The notes beneath the pieces are model-generated. The model ran no database searches. It saw only the letters and a program-made list of their open reading frames with translations, and was not told the origin of the DNA. Shown here piece after piece: positions 16,742-25,340 of a stretch of 32,000 nt of DNA. The stretch's first letter is position 1. The number at the start of each line of letters is the position of its first letter. A program made the position numbers and the translations under genes. The DNA comes from Desulfotalea psychrophila LSv54 (GTDB lineage: Bacteria; Desulfobacterota; Desulfobulbia; Desulfobulbales; Desulfocapsaceae): the NCBI RefSeq assembly GCF_000025945.1, contig NC_006138.1, positions 840,001 to 872,000 of the forward strand, written 5' to 3'.

Positions 16742-17343
16742 TTGGTCTTGAGTTGGAGAAATTCAGGTTGCACCTTGGCAAGAAAGGTGACGGCAAACAT
16801 GGTGATGATTCCCTCGATGAACATTAGAGGAATGTGGGCTATGCAGACCAGCTTTGCTGTATTGAAAAATTGCTGATCGCTGGCAAAGAGAGAGCCCGCC
16901 ATAAAGAGGGTGCCTAGGAGTACGGCAATAAAACCACTGGCAAAGGCTGCTACTTTCTGCCCCTTTTTCCCCGATGTCAGGAGGGGGCGAAAGAGGAGGT
17001 AGCAGATAATTGCCGGTACTGCCATATTGGCGGTGTTGACCCCGAGTACGGTAAATCCTCCATATTGAAAAAAGAGGACCTGGAGAAAAAGGGCGGTGAG
17101 GATAGCGGGAAAGCAGGCCCAGCCCAGGGTAATTCCCATCAGGCCGGAGAGAATGAGGTGGACATTGGCGGGGCCGACGGGAACGTGGATCAGGCTGGCA
17201 ACAAAAAATGTTGAAGTAAGGAGGGCGGTGGTCATGATCTTTTCACCGTCGAGATGTTTTAGACCCATGGCCGTGCCGGCAACGGTAATTACTCCACCCA
17301 GGGCTAAAACCGGTGGGCTGAGGACGCCTTCAGATATATGCAT
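16738..17343 (-). CDS. nikM: ECF nickel/cobalt substrate-capture component NikM/CbiM
   Basis: I place the start at MHISEGVL (ATG complement 17341-17343, GGAGG SD). The Met-His N-terminus is the metal-ligating end in this family. The track's longer GTG start lies inside the upstream palindrome. Confidence 0.9.
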   Translation of the reverse strand: MHISEGVLSPPVLALGGVITVAGTAMGLKHLDGEKIMTTALLTSTFFVASLIHVPVGPANVHLILSGLMGITLGWACFPAILTALFLQVLFFQYGGFTVLGVNTANMAVPAIICYLLFRPLLTSGKKGQKVAAFASGFIAVLLGTLFMAGSLFASDQQFFNTAKLVCIAHIPLMFIEGIITMFAVTFLAKVQPEFLQLKTK

Positions 17344-17360
17344 ATAATGCCTCCAAGAAA

Positions 17361-17387
17361 GTAACACGAAAAATTAAATTGTGTTAC
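17361..17387. promoter_or_regulatory. candidate NikR-type operator: perfect palindrome GTAACAC-N13-GTGTTAC
   Basis: 7-bp perfect inverted repeat with an AT-rich 13-nt spacer, 18 nt upstream of the nikM start. On the minus strand the spacer contains TTTAAT, a possible -10. The 27-bp span is comparable to the E. coli NikR site GTATGA-N16-TCATAC. Confidence 0.55.
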
Positions 17388-17691
17388 TGTAGTGGGCGAA
17401 TAGAGTAAAGTCAAGATCTTATATTGGGGAAACTCTTTTCTCGCTTTATTCAGGTCTCCCTCTGTTGAAGGCCTGTAGGAGATCTGTTTGCAAATGTTCA
17501 GGTTTGTGCTCTGGAAAGATATTGCGCTGAATTTTATGTTCTCCTGCCCGGAGCTATGATGAGATTTCTCTAAAGGAAAAGAGAAAGGACGGTTAATATA
17601 TGGGAGAGAAGTACAATCACTAATAGATGGATATGGCAATATTGTTGCTGTTCCCGTCGCCCCCCCGTTACATATATGAAAGGGAGAAGAT

Positions 17692-18369
17692 ATGGAATAC
17701 TGTACTGAATTTCTTGAGCGGATAAAGAGGACACCTAGTTCCATCAGTTATCGTTTCAAGATGCCCGAGGGCTTTAGTTTTGTCGCTGGTCAATATATGC
17801 TGGTAGATTTAGGTGATGAACTTGCCCGTCCCCTGTCGCTGAGTAGCTGCCCTCAGGAGGGTGGTTTCATTGAATTTACCAAACGAATGATTGGTAGTCC
17901 ATACTGCATGCGCCTGGAATCCCTGCAACGTGGAGAGGCAATCAGGGTAGCGGGGCCCTTTGGCGAATTTTGTTGCCCGGACTCAGGCGAGCCTCTTGTC
18001 CTGATCGCCGGTGGTATTGGCATCACCCCGATTAGGAGTATTCTCACCAGCCTTAAGGAAGAAAGAGGAGAGACCACTCTTATCTACGGAAATCAGAACA
18101 GAGAGGATATTGCCTTTAGAGATGAACTGGAGCACCTGAGCCTCGCCCATTACCATCTGGTTCATGTCCTCTCCGATGCTACTGGCATGGAAAACGCCTA
18201 TCAGGGATTTATAAACGCCGACATTCTTGCCAGGGAGGTGCCGAAGGGTAGCATTGGTCAATATATGGTCTCGGGTCCACCGCTCATGGTTGAGGCCATA
18301 AAAAAAGGACTGGCCGGGATTGGGGTTGCCGAGGAGCGGATTCGTACCGATATATTTCTTGGCTATTAG
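17692..18369 (+). CDS. FNR-like FAD/NAD(P)-binding oxidoreductase (ferredoxin reductase-type domain pair)
   Basis: 225 aa. FAD-binding barrel (SYRFKMPEGFSFVAGQYMLV, RPLSLSS) and a nucleotide-binding GGIGITP motif, with no Fe-S Cys cluster. GGGAG SD. Confidence 0.75.
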   Translation: MEYCTEFLERIKRTPSSISYRFKMPEGFSFVAGQYMLVDLGDELARPLSLSSCPQEGGFIEFTKRMIGSPYCMRLESLQRGEAIRVAGPFGEFCCPDSGEPLVLIAGGIGITPIRSILTSLKEERGETTLIYGNQNREDIAFRDELEHLSLAHYHLVHVLSDATGMENAYQGFINADILAREVPKGSIGQYMVSGPPLMVEAIKKGLAGIGVAEERIRTDIFLGY

Positions 18370-18490
18370 CCTGGCCGAGCAAGGCTTCTTTGTATGGGAT
18401 ATTTGAGTGAGTAGGTGCTAGTATTGGCTCTGTTTGCCGAGCCTCCTGTTCTTTGTGGGAGGCTGAACCTATTTATAATAATTGCAATAG

Positions 18491-19207
18491 ATGAAGATGA
18501 CAAAATTTGAGATAGAGCCCATTGGTATTGTTCACTCCTGTTTTAGCGAAAAATTTGGTATTCCCCGTCAGCCCGGTCTGGTCCATTCCTCGGTGGCCGA
18601 GCTGGAGCTACTTCCGCCCTGGAATCGTCAGGAACTGGTGGCTGGGCTAAGCGAATTCACCCATATCTGGGTTCACTTTGTCTTTCATAAGACCATTGAG
18701 GCTGGCTGGCGGGAGTCTATCCGGCCTCCTGGTCTGGGTGGAAAAAAGCGGGTGGGGGTCTTTGCCAGCAGAAGTCCGCATCGTCCTAATCACATGGGGA
18801 TGTCCGTGGTGCGTCTGCGGGGGATACGAGCCAGCAAGGGCAAGGTCTTTCTGCAACTTTCCGGTATTGATCTCTTGGATGGCACCCCGGTGGTCGATAT
18901 AAAACCCTATGTGGCCTATAGCGATAGTATTCCCGAGGCGTCCTCTTCCTATGCAGGGAGCTTTTTCCCTGTCCGGGTACGATTGAGGGGGGATGTGCTC
19001 TCTTTTTGTGAGAAATATCAGGATGAAAGTGGACGTGATTTGGCAGAGCTGATCAGGGAGGTGCTTGCTCAGGACCCAAGGCCTGTCAGTCAGCGGGGTA
19101 AAAGGGATGTGTTTGGCGTTTTGCTATGGCAGGTAAATGTACGTTTTCGGGTGGTGTTGGAGGAGGGTGAGGAGATCTTTGAAGTATTTTCCTGTGTTAA
19201 CCTATAA
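18491..19207 (+). CDS. trmO: tRNA (m6t6A37) methyltransferase TrmO (YaeB/TsaA family)
   Basis: 238 aa. IEPIGIVHSCF..KFGIPRQPG, GVFASRSPHRPNHMGMSVVRL and LDGTPVVDIKPY are family hallmarks. Confidence 0.85.
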   Translation: MKMTKFEIEPIGIVHSCFSEKFGIPRQPGLVHSSVAELELLPPWNRQELVAGLSEFTHIWVHFVFHKTIEAGWRESIRPPGLGGKKRVGVFASRSPHRPNHMGMSVVRLRGIRASKGKVFLQLSGIDLLDGTPVVDIKPYVAYSDSIPEASSSYAGSFFPVRVRLRGDVLSFCEKYQDESGRDLAELIREVLAQDPRPVSQRGKRDVFGVLLWQVNVRFRVVLEEGEEIFEVFSCVNL

Positions 19208-19777
19208 TGTAATGTCGCTCTTCAGGGTGCAGTATACTCGTCCACCAAAGGCGTAGTCTTTGCTTATGAGGTTATAGAAAAAGCTTCCTCCTCTTATGGT
19301 GTTTGCTCCGCTGACAATAAGTGTCTTGTCAGGACAGAAGATGCTCTTTTTCTTGCCGTTATGGATAAGCTTTTGGCTAAAGAGCTGTTGGTCCTTATCA
19401 AGCTTGGTCACTACCACATCTCCCAGGAGGGTGAGTATCTCTGTGCCTTGATTGTAGAGAGCGGTTTTAGATCTCACCTTGGTGATATTGTTGGTCTCGT
19501 CATAGAGATCAGCGTCGATATCGGTGAGAGTAAAAATTTTGGATGTGGTACCGGTACTGGCTTTTTGGGCGCGGATAACGGTATTTTTTTTATCACCTTC
19601 AAACTGTGATATAACCACCTTCTGCATGATGAAGCTCTGCCCCTGTACGATATCTTTTTTGCCCTTGGGATTGAAATCACCCCGTGGACTGAGAAAGTTT
19701 CCTACAGGAATCTTCCATAGGGGAAAGGTGAGGATGAATATTAGGGGAATAACCCAGACCTTGTTACGGCGGATCAT
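19202..19777 (-). CDS. lptC: LPS export system periplasmic anchor protein LptC (probable)
   Basis: 191 aa. N-terminal membrane anchor followed by a beta-rich periplasmic domain. Called mainly from its conserved position immediately after kdsC, with an ATGA start/stop overlap. Confidence 0.6.
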   Translation of the reverse strand: MIRRNKVWVIPLIFILTFPLWKIPVGNFLSPRGDFNPKGKKDIVQGQSFIMQKVVISQFEGDKKNTVIRAQKASTGTTSKIFTLTDIDADLYDETNNITKVRSKTALYNQGTEILTLLGDVVVTKLDKDQQLFSQKLIHNGKKKSIFCPDKTLIVSGANTIRGGSFFYNLISKDYAFGGRVYCTLKSDITL

Positions 19778-20391
19778 TTGTTCAGATACTTCTGGAGTAA
19801 GGTCTCTTTCAAGCCCTTGCCTTCGATGATAAGGTCGCAGACTTCGCGTACTGCACCAAAACCACCACTGCGTTTTGTGCTAAAATGTACCCTTTCCTGC
19901 ACCTCAGGAGCACCGTTTGCCGGTGTCGTTGCTAAGCCTACTTGCTGGAGAATCACCAGGTCCAGCCAGTCATCACCCATATATGCCACCTCAAAGGGTT
20001 TGAGCCCAGATTCTGCCAGGATCTCCTTAAAGGCGATATTTTTGTTCATCGCCCCCTGGTAGATATAGGTCATCTTCAGCTCTTTGGCTCGTCGGGCCAC
20101 CACTGCTGATCGCCTGGCGGTGATAATTCCCGTTGCCACCTCAGCCTCTCGGAGAAGTTGCAGGCCAAAACCGTCAAGGGTGTGAAACGACTTGCTTTCG
20201 ATCTCTTCACCCGTGTAGAGGAGGCTACCATTGGTCAGTACCCCATCGACGTCAAGGAGAAGGAGTTTGATATCCTTTGCCCGTGCTAAGGCACACTGTC
20301 TTGCCGGGGAGGTAGAGATCTGTTCCCGGGCCTGAGTGCGCATCTCTTCCAGAATCTGACAATCACTGGGGTATTTTTCTGATCCTGTCAT
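19774..20391 (-). CDS. kdsC: 3-deoxy-D-manno-octulosonate 8-phosphate phosphatase (HAD-IIIA)
   Basis: LLLLDVDGVLTNG (HAD motif I), GIITARRS and GDDWLDL motifs. The start is ambiguous: ATG 20391 (1 nt after the kdsA stop, used here), ATG 20424 (track) or ATG 20343. Confidence 0.9.
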   Translation of the reverse strand: MTGSEKYPSDCQILEEMRTQAREQISTSPARQCALARAKDIKLLLLDVDGVLTNGSLLYTGEEIESKSFHTLDGFGLQLLREAEVATGIITARRSAVVARRAKELKMTYIYQGAMNKNIAFKEILAESGLKPFEVAYMGDDWLDLVILQQVGLATTPANGAPEVQERVHFSTKRSGGFGAVREVCDLIIEGKGLKETLLQKYLNK

Positions 20392-20392
20392 C

Positions 20393-21235
20393 TTATTCTT
20401 CCACCGCAGCTCGTACCTTGACAAGCTTTGTCAGCAACTCTTCTACCTGATCAAGGGCTATGGAATTTGGTCCGTCACAGAGTGCCTTATCCGGATCGGG
20501 ATGAATCTCCATAAAGAGACCATCTATACCGGCGGCAATGGCTGCCTTAGAGAGAGGTTCTATGAACTCACGTTGTCCGGAGGATGATCCTCCCGCCCCA
20601 CCGGGGAGTTGGACAGAGTGGGTTGCATCGTAGATCACGGGACAGTTGAAAGATCGCATAACGGGAAGTGAGCGCATGTCCACTACCAGATTATTGTAGC
20701 CAAAACAGGCACCACGTTCAACCAGCATGACCTTGTCACTGCCGGCATCACGGAGTTTACCTATGGCATTTTCCATGTCCCATGGAGAGACAAACTGACC
20801 CTTTTTCACATTGACCGGTTTGCCTGATTTAGCGGCGGCCACCAGAAGATCAGTTTGTCTGCAAAGAAAGGCAGGTATTTGAATAATGTCGAGAACCTCT
20901 GCAGCAGGCCCAACCTGGCTGATATCGTGGATATCTGAAATTACAGGGACCTGGAGGTCTTCACGAATTCGTGCCAGACTTGCCAGACCTTTCTTCAGAC
21001 CAGGGCCACGATAGGAGCTGATAGAGGTGCGATTAGCCTTGTCAAAGGATGCCTTAAAAACATAGGAGATACCAAGTTTCTTGCATATTTTGCTTACGGT
21101 TTCAGCAACCTCACGACCAAGTTGTTCTGATTCTAGAGAGCAGGGACCACCTATCAAAAGAAGAGGTTGGCCACTTCCAACGAGGATATCAGAACCATTC
21201 GGCTGGGCGACAGCAACAGGGGTTACGACAGTCAT
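20393..21235 (-). CDS. kdsA: 3-deoxy-8-phosphooctulonate (KDO8P) synthase
   Basis: 280 aa. FKASFDKANR, CRQTDL, VKKGQF and DATHSVQ motifs are typical of KdsA. Confidence 0.95.
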   Translation of the reverse strand: MTVVTPVAVAQPNGSDILVGSGQPLLLIGGPCSLESEQLGREVAETVSKICKKLGISYVFKASFDKANRTSISSYRGPGLKKGLASLARIREDLQVPVISDIHDISQVGPAAEVLDIIQIPAFLCRQTDLLVAAAKSGKPVNVKKGQFVSPWDMENAIGKLRDAGSDKVMLVERGACFGYNNLVVDMRSLPVMRSFNCPVIYDATHSVQLPGGAGGSSSGQREFIEPLSKAAIAAGIDGLFMEIHPDPDKALCDGPNSIALDQVEELLTKLVKVRAAVEE

Positions 21236-21241
21236 ACCTTA

Positions 21242-22897
21242 TTAGCCTTTCTTGTTAGCGACTGCAGCGCTGATGAAATCTCTAAAGAGAGGATGCGCTT
21301 GCATTGGCTTGGATTTGAATTCTGGGTGAAATTGACAACCTACAAACCAAGGATGATCCTCGATCTCAACAATTTCAACGAGGTCGCCATCTGGAGAAGT
21401 ACCGGAGATGACAAGACCTTTTTCAATGAGCTGTTGACGATAATCGTTGTTGAACTCAAAACGGTGACGATGGCGCTCGAATACTTCCTGAGTACCATAG
21501 GCATCTCCTGCGTGGCTTTCCTGCTGAAGTACACAGGGGTAGGCACCAAGACGGAGGGTTCCGCCGAGATCAGAGTTTTCGTCCCGTCGCTGTATCTTGT
21601 TGGTTCGGTAATCAAACCACTCTTTGGTGAGGTAGATAACAGGGTCAGGGGAGTTAGGCTCAAGTTCAGTGGAGTGAGCTTCGCTCATTCCTGCCATATT
21701 TCTGGCAAATTCTACCACAGCAAGCTGCATGCCGAGACAGATACCAAAGAATGGGATTCTGTTTTCTCGGGCATAGGTGATAGCCTTAATTTTACCTTCA
21801 ACGCCGCGTCTGCCAAAACCACCAGGAACCAGGATGCCATCGCATCCCTTCAGGTAACTGTCGGGATCGCCGCTTTCAAGATCTTCGGCGCTGACATAGC
21901 GAAGTTTTACCTTGGTGTGATTGGCAAGGCCACCGTGAATGAGAGCCTCATGAAGACTCTTGTAGGCCTCGGTGAGATCAACATATTTTCCGGTAATAGC
22001 GATGGTTACTTCGTTCTTCGGATTCTGGATGTTTTCAACCAAATCCTGCCATGGCTTAATATTAGGGTTGGCTGTCCAGATATTAAGAAGCTCGAGAATC
22101 TTGGAATCAAGGCCTTCTGCATGAAGGGCAATTGGCAGTTTGTAGATGCTGTCTACGTCTACACAGTTAATAACTGCATCCTGCTGCACATCACAGAAAA
22201 GGGCGATTTTGGCCTTGATGTTCTCTTCAAGAGGCACCTCGGTACGACAGACAAGGATATCCGGTTGGATGCCATCGGCACGGAGTTCACGAACAGAGTG
22301 CTGGGTAGGCTTGGTTTTTACCTCGCCTGCAGTCTTGATGTACGGCACCAGAGTGAGGTGAATAAAAAGGGTGTAATCACGGCCAAGATCTCCACGGAGC
22401 TGACGAATGGCCTCAATAAAGGGAAGGCCTTCGATATCACCAACGGTGCCACCAATTTCAATAATGGCGATATCAACGCTACCATCGAGTTGGCGAACCG
22501 ATTTTTTGATCTCGTCGGTGATGTGCGGAATAACCTGCACGGTGCCACCGAGATATTCACCACGTCGTTCTTTGTTAATAACGGTGTGGTAGATGCGACC
22601 GGATGTGAAGTTGTTCTTTTGGCCCATGACAGCGTTAGTGAAACGCTCGTAGTGTCCCATATCAAGATCAGTTTCAGCGCCATCATCGGTGACATATACT
22701 TCGCCGTGCTGAAAGGGATTCATGGTACCAGGATCTACGTTAATGTAGGGGTCAAGCTTCTGGAAAGTTATGCTTAATCCACGGCTTTCAAGAAGAGCAC
22801 CAATAGAGGCTGCTGCGAGTCCTTTACCGAGGGAAGAAAGAACTCCACCGGTAACAAAAATAAATTTAGTCCGTTTTGTATTAGTTGTATTTTTCAT
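21242..22897 (-). CDS. pyrG: CTP synthase
   Basis: 551 aa. N-terminus [16 protein letters not shown], and the C-terminal glutamine amidotransferase domain with GICLGMQ and HRHRFE. Confidence 0.98.
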   Translation of the reverse strand: MKNTTNTKRTKFIFVTGGVLSSLGKGLAAASIGALLESRGLSITFQKLDPYINVDPGTMNPFQHGEVYVTDDGAETDLDMGHYERFTNAVMGQKNNFTSGRIYHTVINKERRGEYLGGTVQVIPHITDEIKKSVRQLDGSVDIAIIEIGGTVGDIEGLPFIEAIRQLRGDLGRDYTLFIHLTLVPYIKTAGEVKTKPTQHSVRELRADGIQPDILVCRTEVPLEENIKAKIALFCDVQQDAVINCVDVDSIYKLPIALHAEGLDSKILELLNIWTANPNIKPWQDLVENIQNPKNEVTIAITGKYVDLTEAYKSLHEALIHGGLANHTKVKLRYVSAEDLESGDPDSYLKGCDGILVPGGFGRRGVEGKIKAITYARENRIPFFGICLGMQLAVVEFARNMAGMSEAHSTELEPNSPDPVIYLTKEWFDYRTNKIQRRDENSDLGGTLRLGAYPCVLQQESHAGDAYGTQEVFERHRHRFEFNNDYRQQLIEKGLVISGTSPDGDLVEIVEIEDHPWFVGCQFHPEFKSKPMQAHPLFRDFISAAVANKKG

Positions 22898-23502
22898 GAT
22901 CCCACTATAGCAATGGTATGTGCTTTTTTAAACTTTTTTTTGTTGAGACTGCTTCCAAATTGACCCTGCCATTCTAGTTACAAACGCCAAATTAACAACA
23001 CCTATTGTAGCATAAAATTTTTTAAAGAGCGTAATTCTCTTTAGTTGCGGTTTTTTTATGTTGATATAAAGCAAATTATCAGGCTTTTAGCTATAAAAAT
23101 GTCTGTAATTTAGCAGATGAGAGTATTTTAAGGGAGCAACTTTTGAAGAGGAAACTATCTAAGTTAGGCAGTGGCAATAGTCGGCACTACAGACAATGGC
23201 TAACTGTTGCCTGACTTGATGAAAAAGGAATTGGGTCTGAGCTATTTAGTGAATATTTTTTGTCTCATGTGCCCCTTGCTCCATAGATATGTTGGAGGGG
23301 GGGGAGAGAGGAGGTGTTTTTCCCAAGAAGTATAAGAGAAATTGAATTAAAGCATAAACAAATGTTTTGACAAATGGTATATATAGTATATTCTCGTTTT
23401 TTAGGTGGTTGGCAATGTGGACGTATTATGTTGTTTCTTGAGCATTATTTAGCGACTGCATGGTCCAGCGCAAATGTGAACCTTGATTTGGAGAAAAAAC
23501 TT

Positions 23503-25254
23503 ATGTCGTTGACAACCGTGTGGGCTCGTTTGTGGGATATGCATGACGAAACCAAGCTTTTGTTCTTGCCAAGTACAAAGCTGATTTCTAAAAAATTTAA
23601 AAAGGAGCATATCTTTTTAAGCGAAGAGAGTCTTGGCAAGGATGCCGTTCTCTCCGAGGGTATGCAGGATGCGCCTGCTGAGCATATTAAACGCTTGAAA
23701 TCCGGCCCTGGCGGTGTCGAGGAGGGTGAGCCTCGTGAGTATACTACGCGCCAGAGGGTTGGCCTGTTTCTTGGCCCTGCCCTGTTTTTGCTTATGCTCT
23801 TTATCCCAGCTCCTGCGGGGATGGAACCTGTTGCTCAAAAAATGGCGGCTGTTGCCTTGCTTATTGCCACTTGGTGGATGACTGAGGCTATTCCTATTCC
23901 GGCCACAAGTTTACTGCCCATCGCCCTCTTTCCTATTATGGGAATTATGCATACCAAGCAGGCAGCAGCACCCTATGCCTCACATCTTATCTATCTCTTT
24001 ATGGGTGGTTTTATAATAGCCCTTGCCATGCAGCGCTGGAACCTCCACCGTCGTATAGCAATGAATATTGTTAAGGTGGTTGGCTTTTCCCCCAGCAGGT
24101 TGATCTTTGGCTTTATGGTTGCTACAGCTGTTTTGTCAGCATTTGTCTCAAATACAGCCACCACCGTTATGATGCTTCCCATTGGCCTGGCAATCATTGC
24201 CCATGTTATTGAAGAGGGTAGGAAAGAGGGGCTTGAGAGGTTTCAAGATTTTGATAAGAATCATTTTAATTTTGGCCTGAATTTGATGCTGGGTATTGCC
24301 TATGCAGCTTCAATTGGTGGTATGGCGACTCTTATTGGAACTCCTCCTAATACCGTGCTTGCCGCTTATCTCCAGAAAACATACGGTTATGAGATTACCT
24401 TTGTTACATGGATGAAGATAGGCGTGCCTCTGGTATGTATCATGTTGCCACTCTGTTGGTTTTGGCTTACCAGGATTGCAAATCCCATGAAGCTCACAAA
24501 AGTTCCTGGTGGTCGTGTTCTCATTGATCAGGAGCTTGAAGAGATGGGTTCCATGAGCACAGGTGAGCGCTGGACAGCTCTTGTCTTTTTTCTGACCGCC
24601 ATGGGTTGGATGTTTCGCAAGCAACTTGATTTCCTCTTTCCAGATCCAAGCTTGGTAACCGATGCCACCATCGCCATGACGGGTGGTTTGATTCTCTTTT
24701 TAATTCCCATTAATTTTAAGAAGAATATTTTTGTTATGAACTGGGAGTGGGCCTCCAAGATGCCATGGGGTGTTTTGATTCTCTTCGGTGGCGGTCTTTC
24801 CATGGCCGGTGGTTTTAAGGCGAGTCGCCTTGCCAATTGGATTGGGGGGCAGGTTAGTTTGCTTGACCAAGCTCCTGTCTTTGTTTTGCTTCTCGCCTGT
24901 TTGTGCCTGATTATCTTTTTGACAGAGTTGACCTCTAATACGGCAACTGCGGCTTTGGTTATGCCGATTCTTTCAGCCGTTGCGGTGGGGCTTGGTCAGA
25001 ATCCCCTCTTGCTTCTTGTCCCAGCTGCAATCACCGCGTCATGCGCATTCATGCTTCCCGTTGCCACACCTCCCAATGCCATTGTCTTTGGCTCTGGTTA
25101 TGTGACGATTCCGCAGATGGTAAAATCTGGTTTTGGCCTCGACGTTGTAGGCCTGTCGCTTGCTCTTACTGTGACCTATCTTATTGCCATTCCTCTGTTT
25201 GGTATAGAGCTCGGTGTCTTGCCTGAATGGGTACTTGCCGTAGCACCAAAATAA
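23503..25254 (+). CDS. DASS/SLC13-family anion:sodium symporter (di/tricarboxylate or sulfate type); start codon uncertain
   Basis: The core from about RQRVGLFLGPALF onward is a typical SLC13 permease, with two SNT(A) hairpin motifs (FVSNTATTVMM and LTSNTATAAL). Candidate starts are 23374 (longest, but inside a promoter-like TTGACA..TATATT region), 23503 (GGAG 9 nt upstream, used here) and 23662 (MQDAP). Confidence 0.85.
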   Translation: MSLTTVWARLWDMHDETKLLFLPSTKLISKKFKKEHIFLSEESLGKDAVLSEGMQDAPAEHIKRLKSGPGGVEEGEPREYTTRQRVGLFLGPALFLLMLFIPAPAGMEPVAQKMAAVALLIATWWMTEAIPIPATSLLPIALFPIMGIMHTKQAAAPYASHLIYLFMGGFIIALAMQRWNLHRRIAMNIVKVVGFSPSRLIFGFMVATAVLSAFVSNTATTVMMLPIGLAIIAHVIEEGRKEGLERFQDFDKNHFNFGLNLMLGIAYAASIGGMATLIGTPPNTVLAAYLQKTYGYEITFVTWMKIGVPLVCIMLPLCWFWLTRIANPMKLTKVPGGRVLIDQELEEMGSMSTGERWTALVFFLTAMGWMFRKQLDFLFPDPSLVTDATIAMTGGLILFLIPINFKKNIFVMNWEWASKMPWGVLILFGGGLSMAGGFKASRLANWIGGQVSLLDQAPVFVLLLACLCLIIFLTELTSNTATAALVMPILSAVAVGLGQNPLLLLVPAAITASCAFMLPVATPPNAIVFGSGYVTIPQMVKSGFGLDVVGLSLALTVTYLIAIPLFGIELGVLPEWVLAVAPK

Positions 25255-25265
25255 TTTTCATTTTG

Positions 25266-25306
25266 CACCATGAATAGCCAGCATGGTATTCATGGTGTTT
25301 TTTTTT
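25266..25306 (+). terminator. rho-independent terminator after the DASS transporter gene
   Basis: CACCATGAATA (25266-25276) pairs with TATTCATGGTG (25287-25297), followed by T9. Confidence 0.85.
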
Positions 25307-25340
25307 GCTGATTTTATGAAGTTTTCATCTGCTCTTTTGT

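Noticed and set aside
17388-17691. I looked for a cobalamin riboswitch or other leader RNA upstream of the cbiM/nikM-like gene. I noted a 9-bp hairpin (CAGGTCTCC 17451-17459 with GGAGATCTG 17478-17486).
   Set aside because: I recognised no B12-box-like sequence. The nikM leader appears to be only ~25 nt because the operator and -10 abut the SD. The hairpin lies upstream of that promoter and has no U-tract, so I can assign it no function.
17304-17744. A 146-aa minus-strand ORF spanning the nikM / FNR-like intergenic region.
   Set aside because: It would read through the palindromic operator, the nikM SD and the nikM start in another frame, and it overlaps the start of the + strand gene. It has no SD or family resemblance. 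The region is better explained as divergent promoters.
18374-18460. Two imperfect ~25-nt direct repeats (GCCGAGCaaggCTTCTTTGTatGGGA and GCCGAGCctcctgTTCTTTGTGGGA) 62 nt apart between the FNR-like gene and trmO. The second forms an AGCCTCC/GGAGGCT hairpin.
   Set aside because: The repeats are too degenerate and short to separate from chance without genome-wide counts. The hairpin lacks a U-tract, so at most it is a weak terminator.
21167-22777. A 536-codon ORF on the + strand, antisense to pyrG and the kdsA start. This is strikingly long for a moderate-GC sequence.
   Set aside because: It is exactly codon-aligned with pyrG (22895-21167 is a multiple of 3). Its stops would therefore correspond to the sense codons TTA, CTA and TCA, which pyrG simply does not use over this span. 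That is a codon-bias shadow of a highly expressed gene. The translation is low-complexity with no recognisable family, and pyrG is unambiguous.
23219-23350. A 43-codon ORF (MKKELGLSYLVNIFCLMCPLLHRYVGGGGERGGVFPKKYKRN) in the pyrG/DASS intergenic region.
   Set aside because: It has no SD, and the Gly run is just the translated G8/purine tract. It is below any length at which I can argue for coding from sequence alone.
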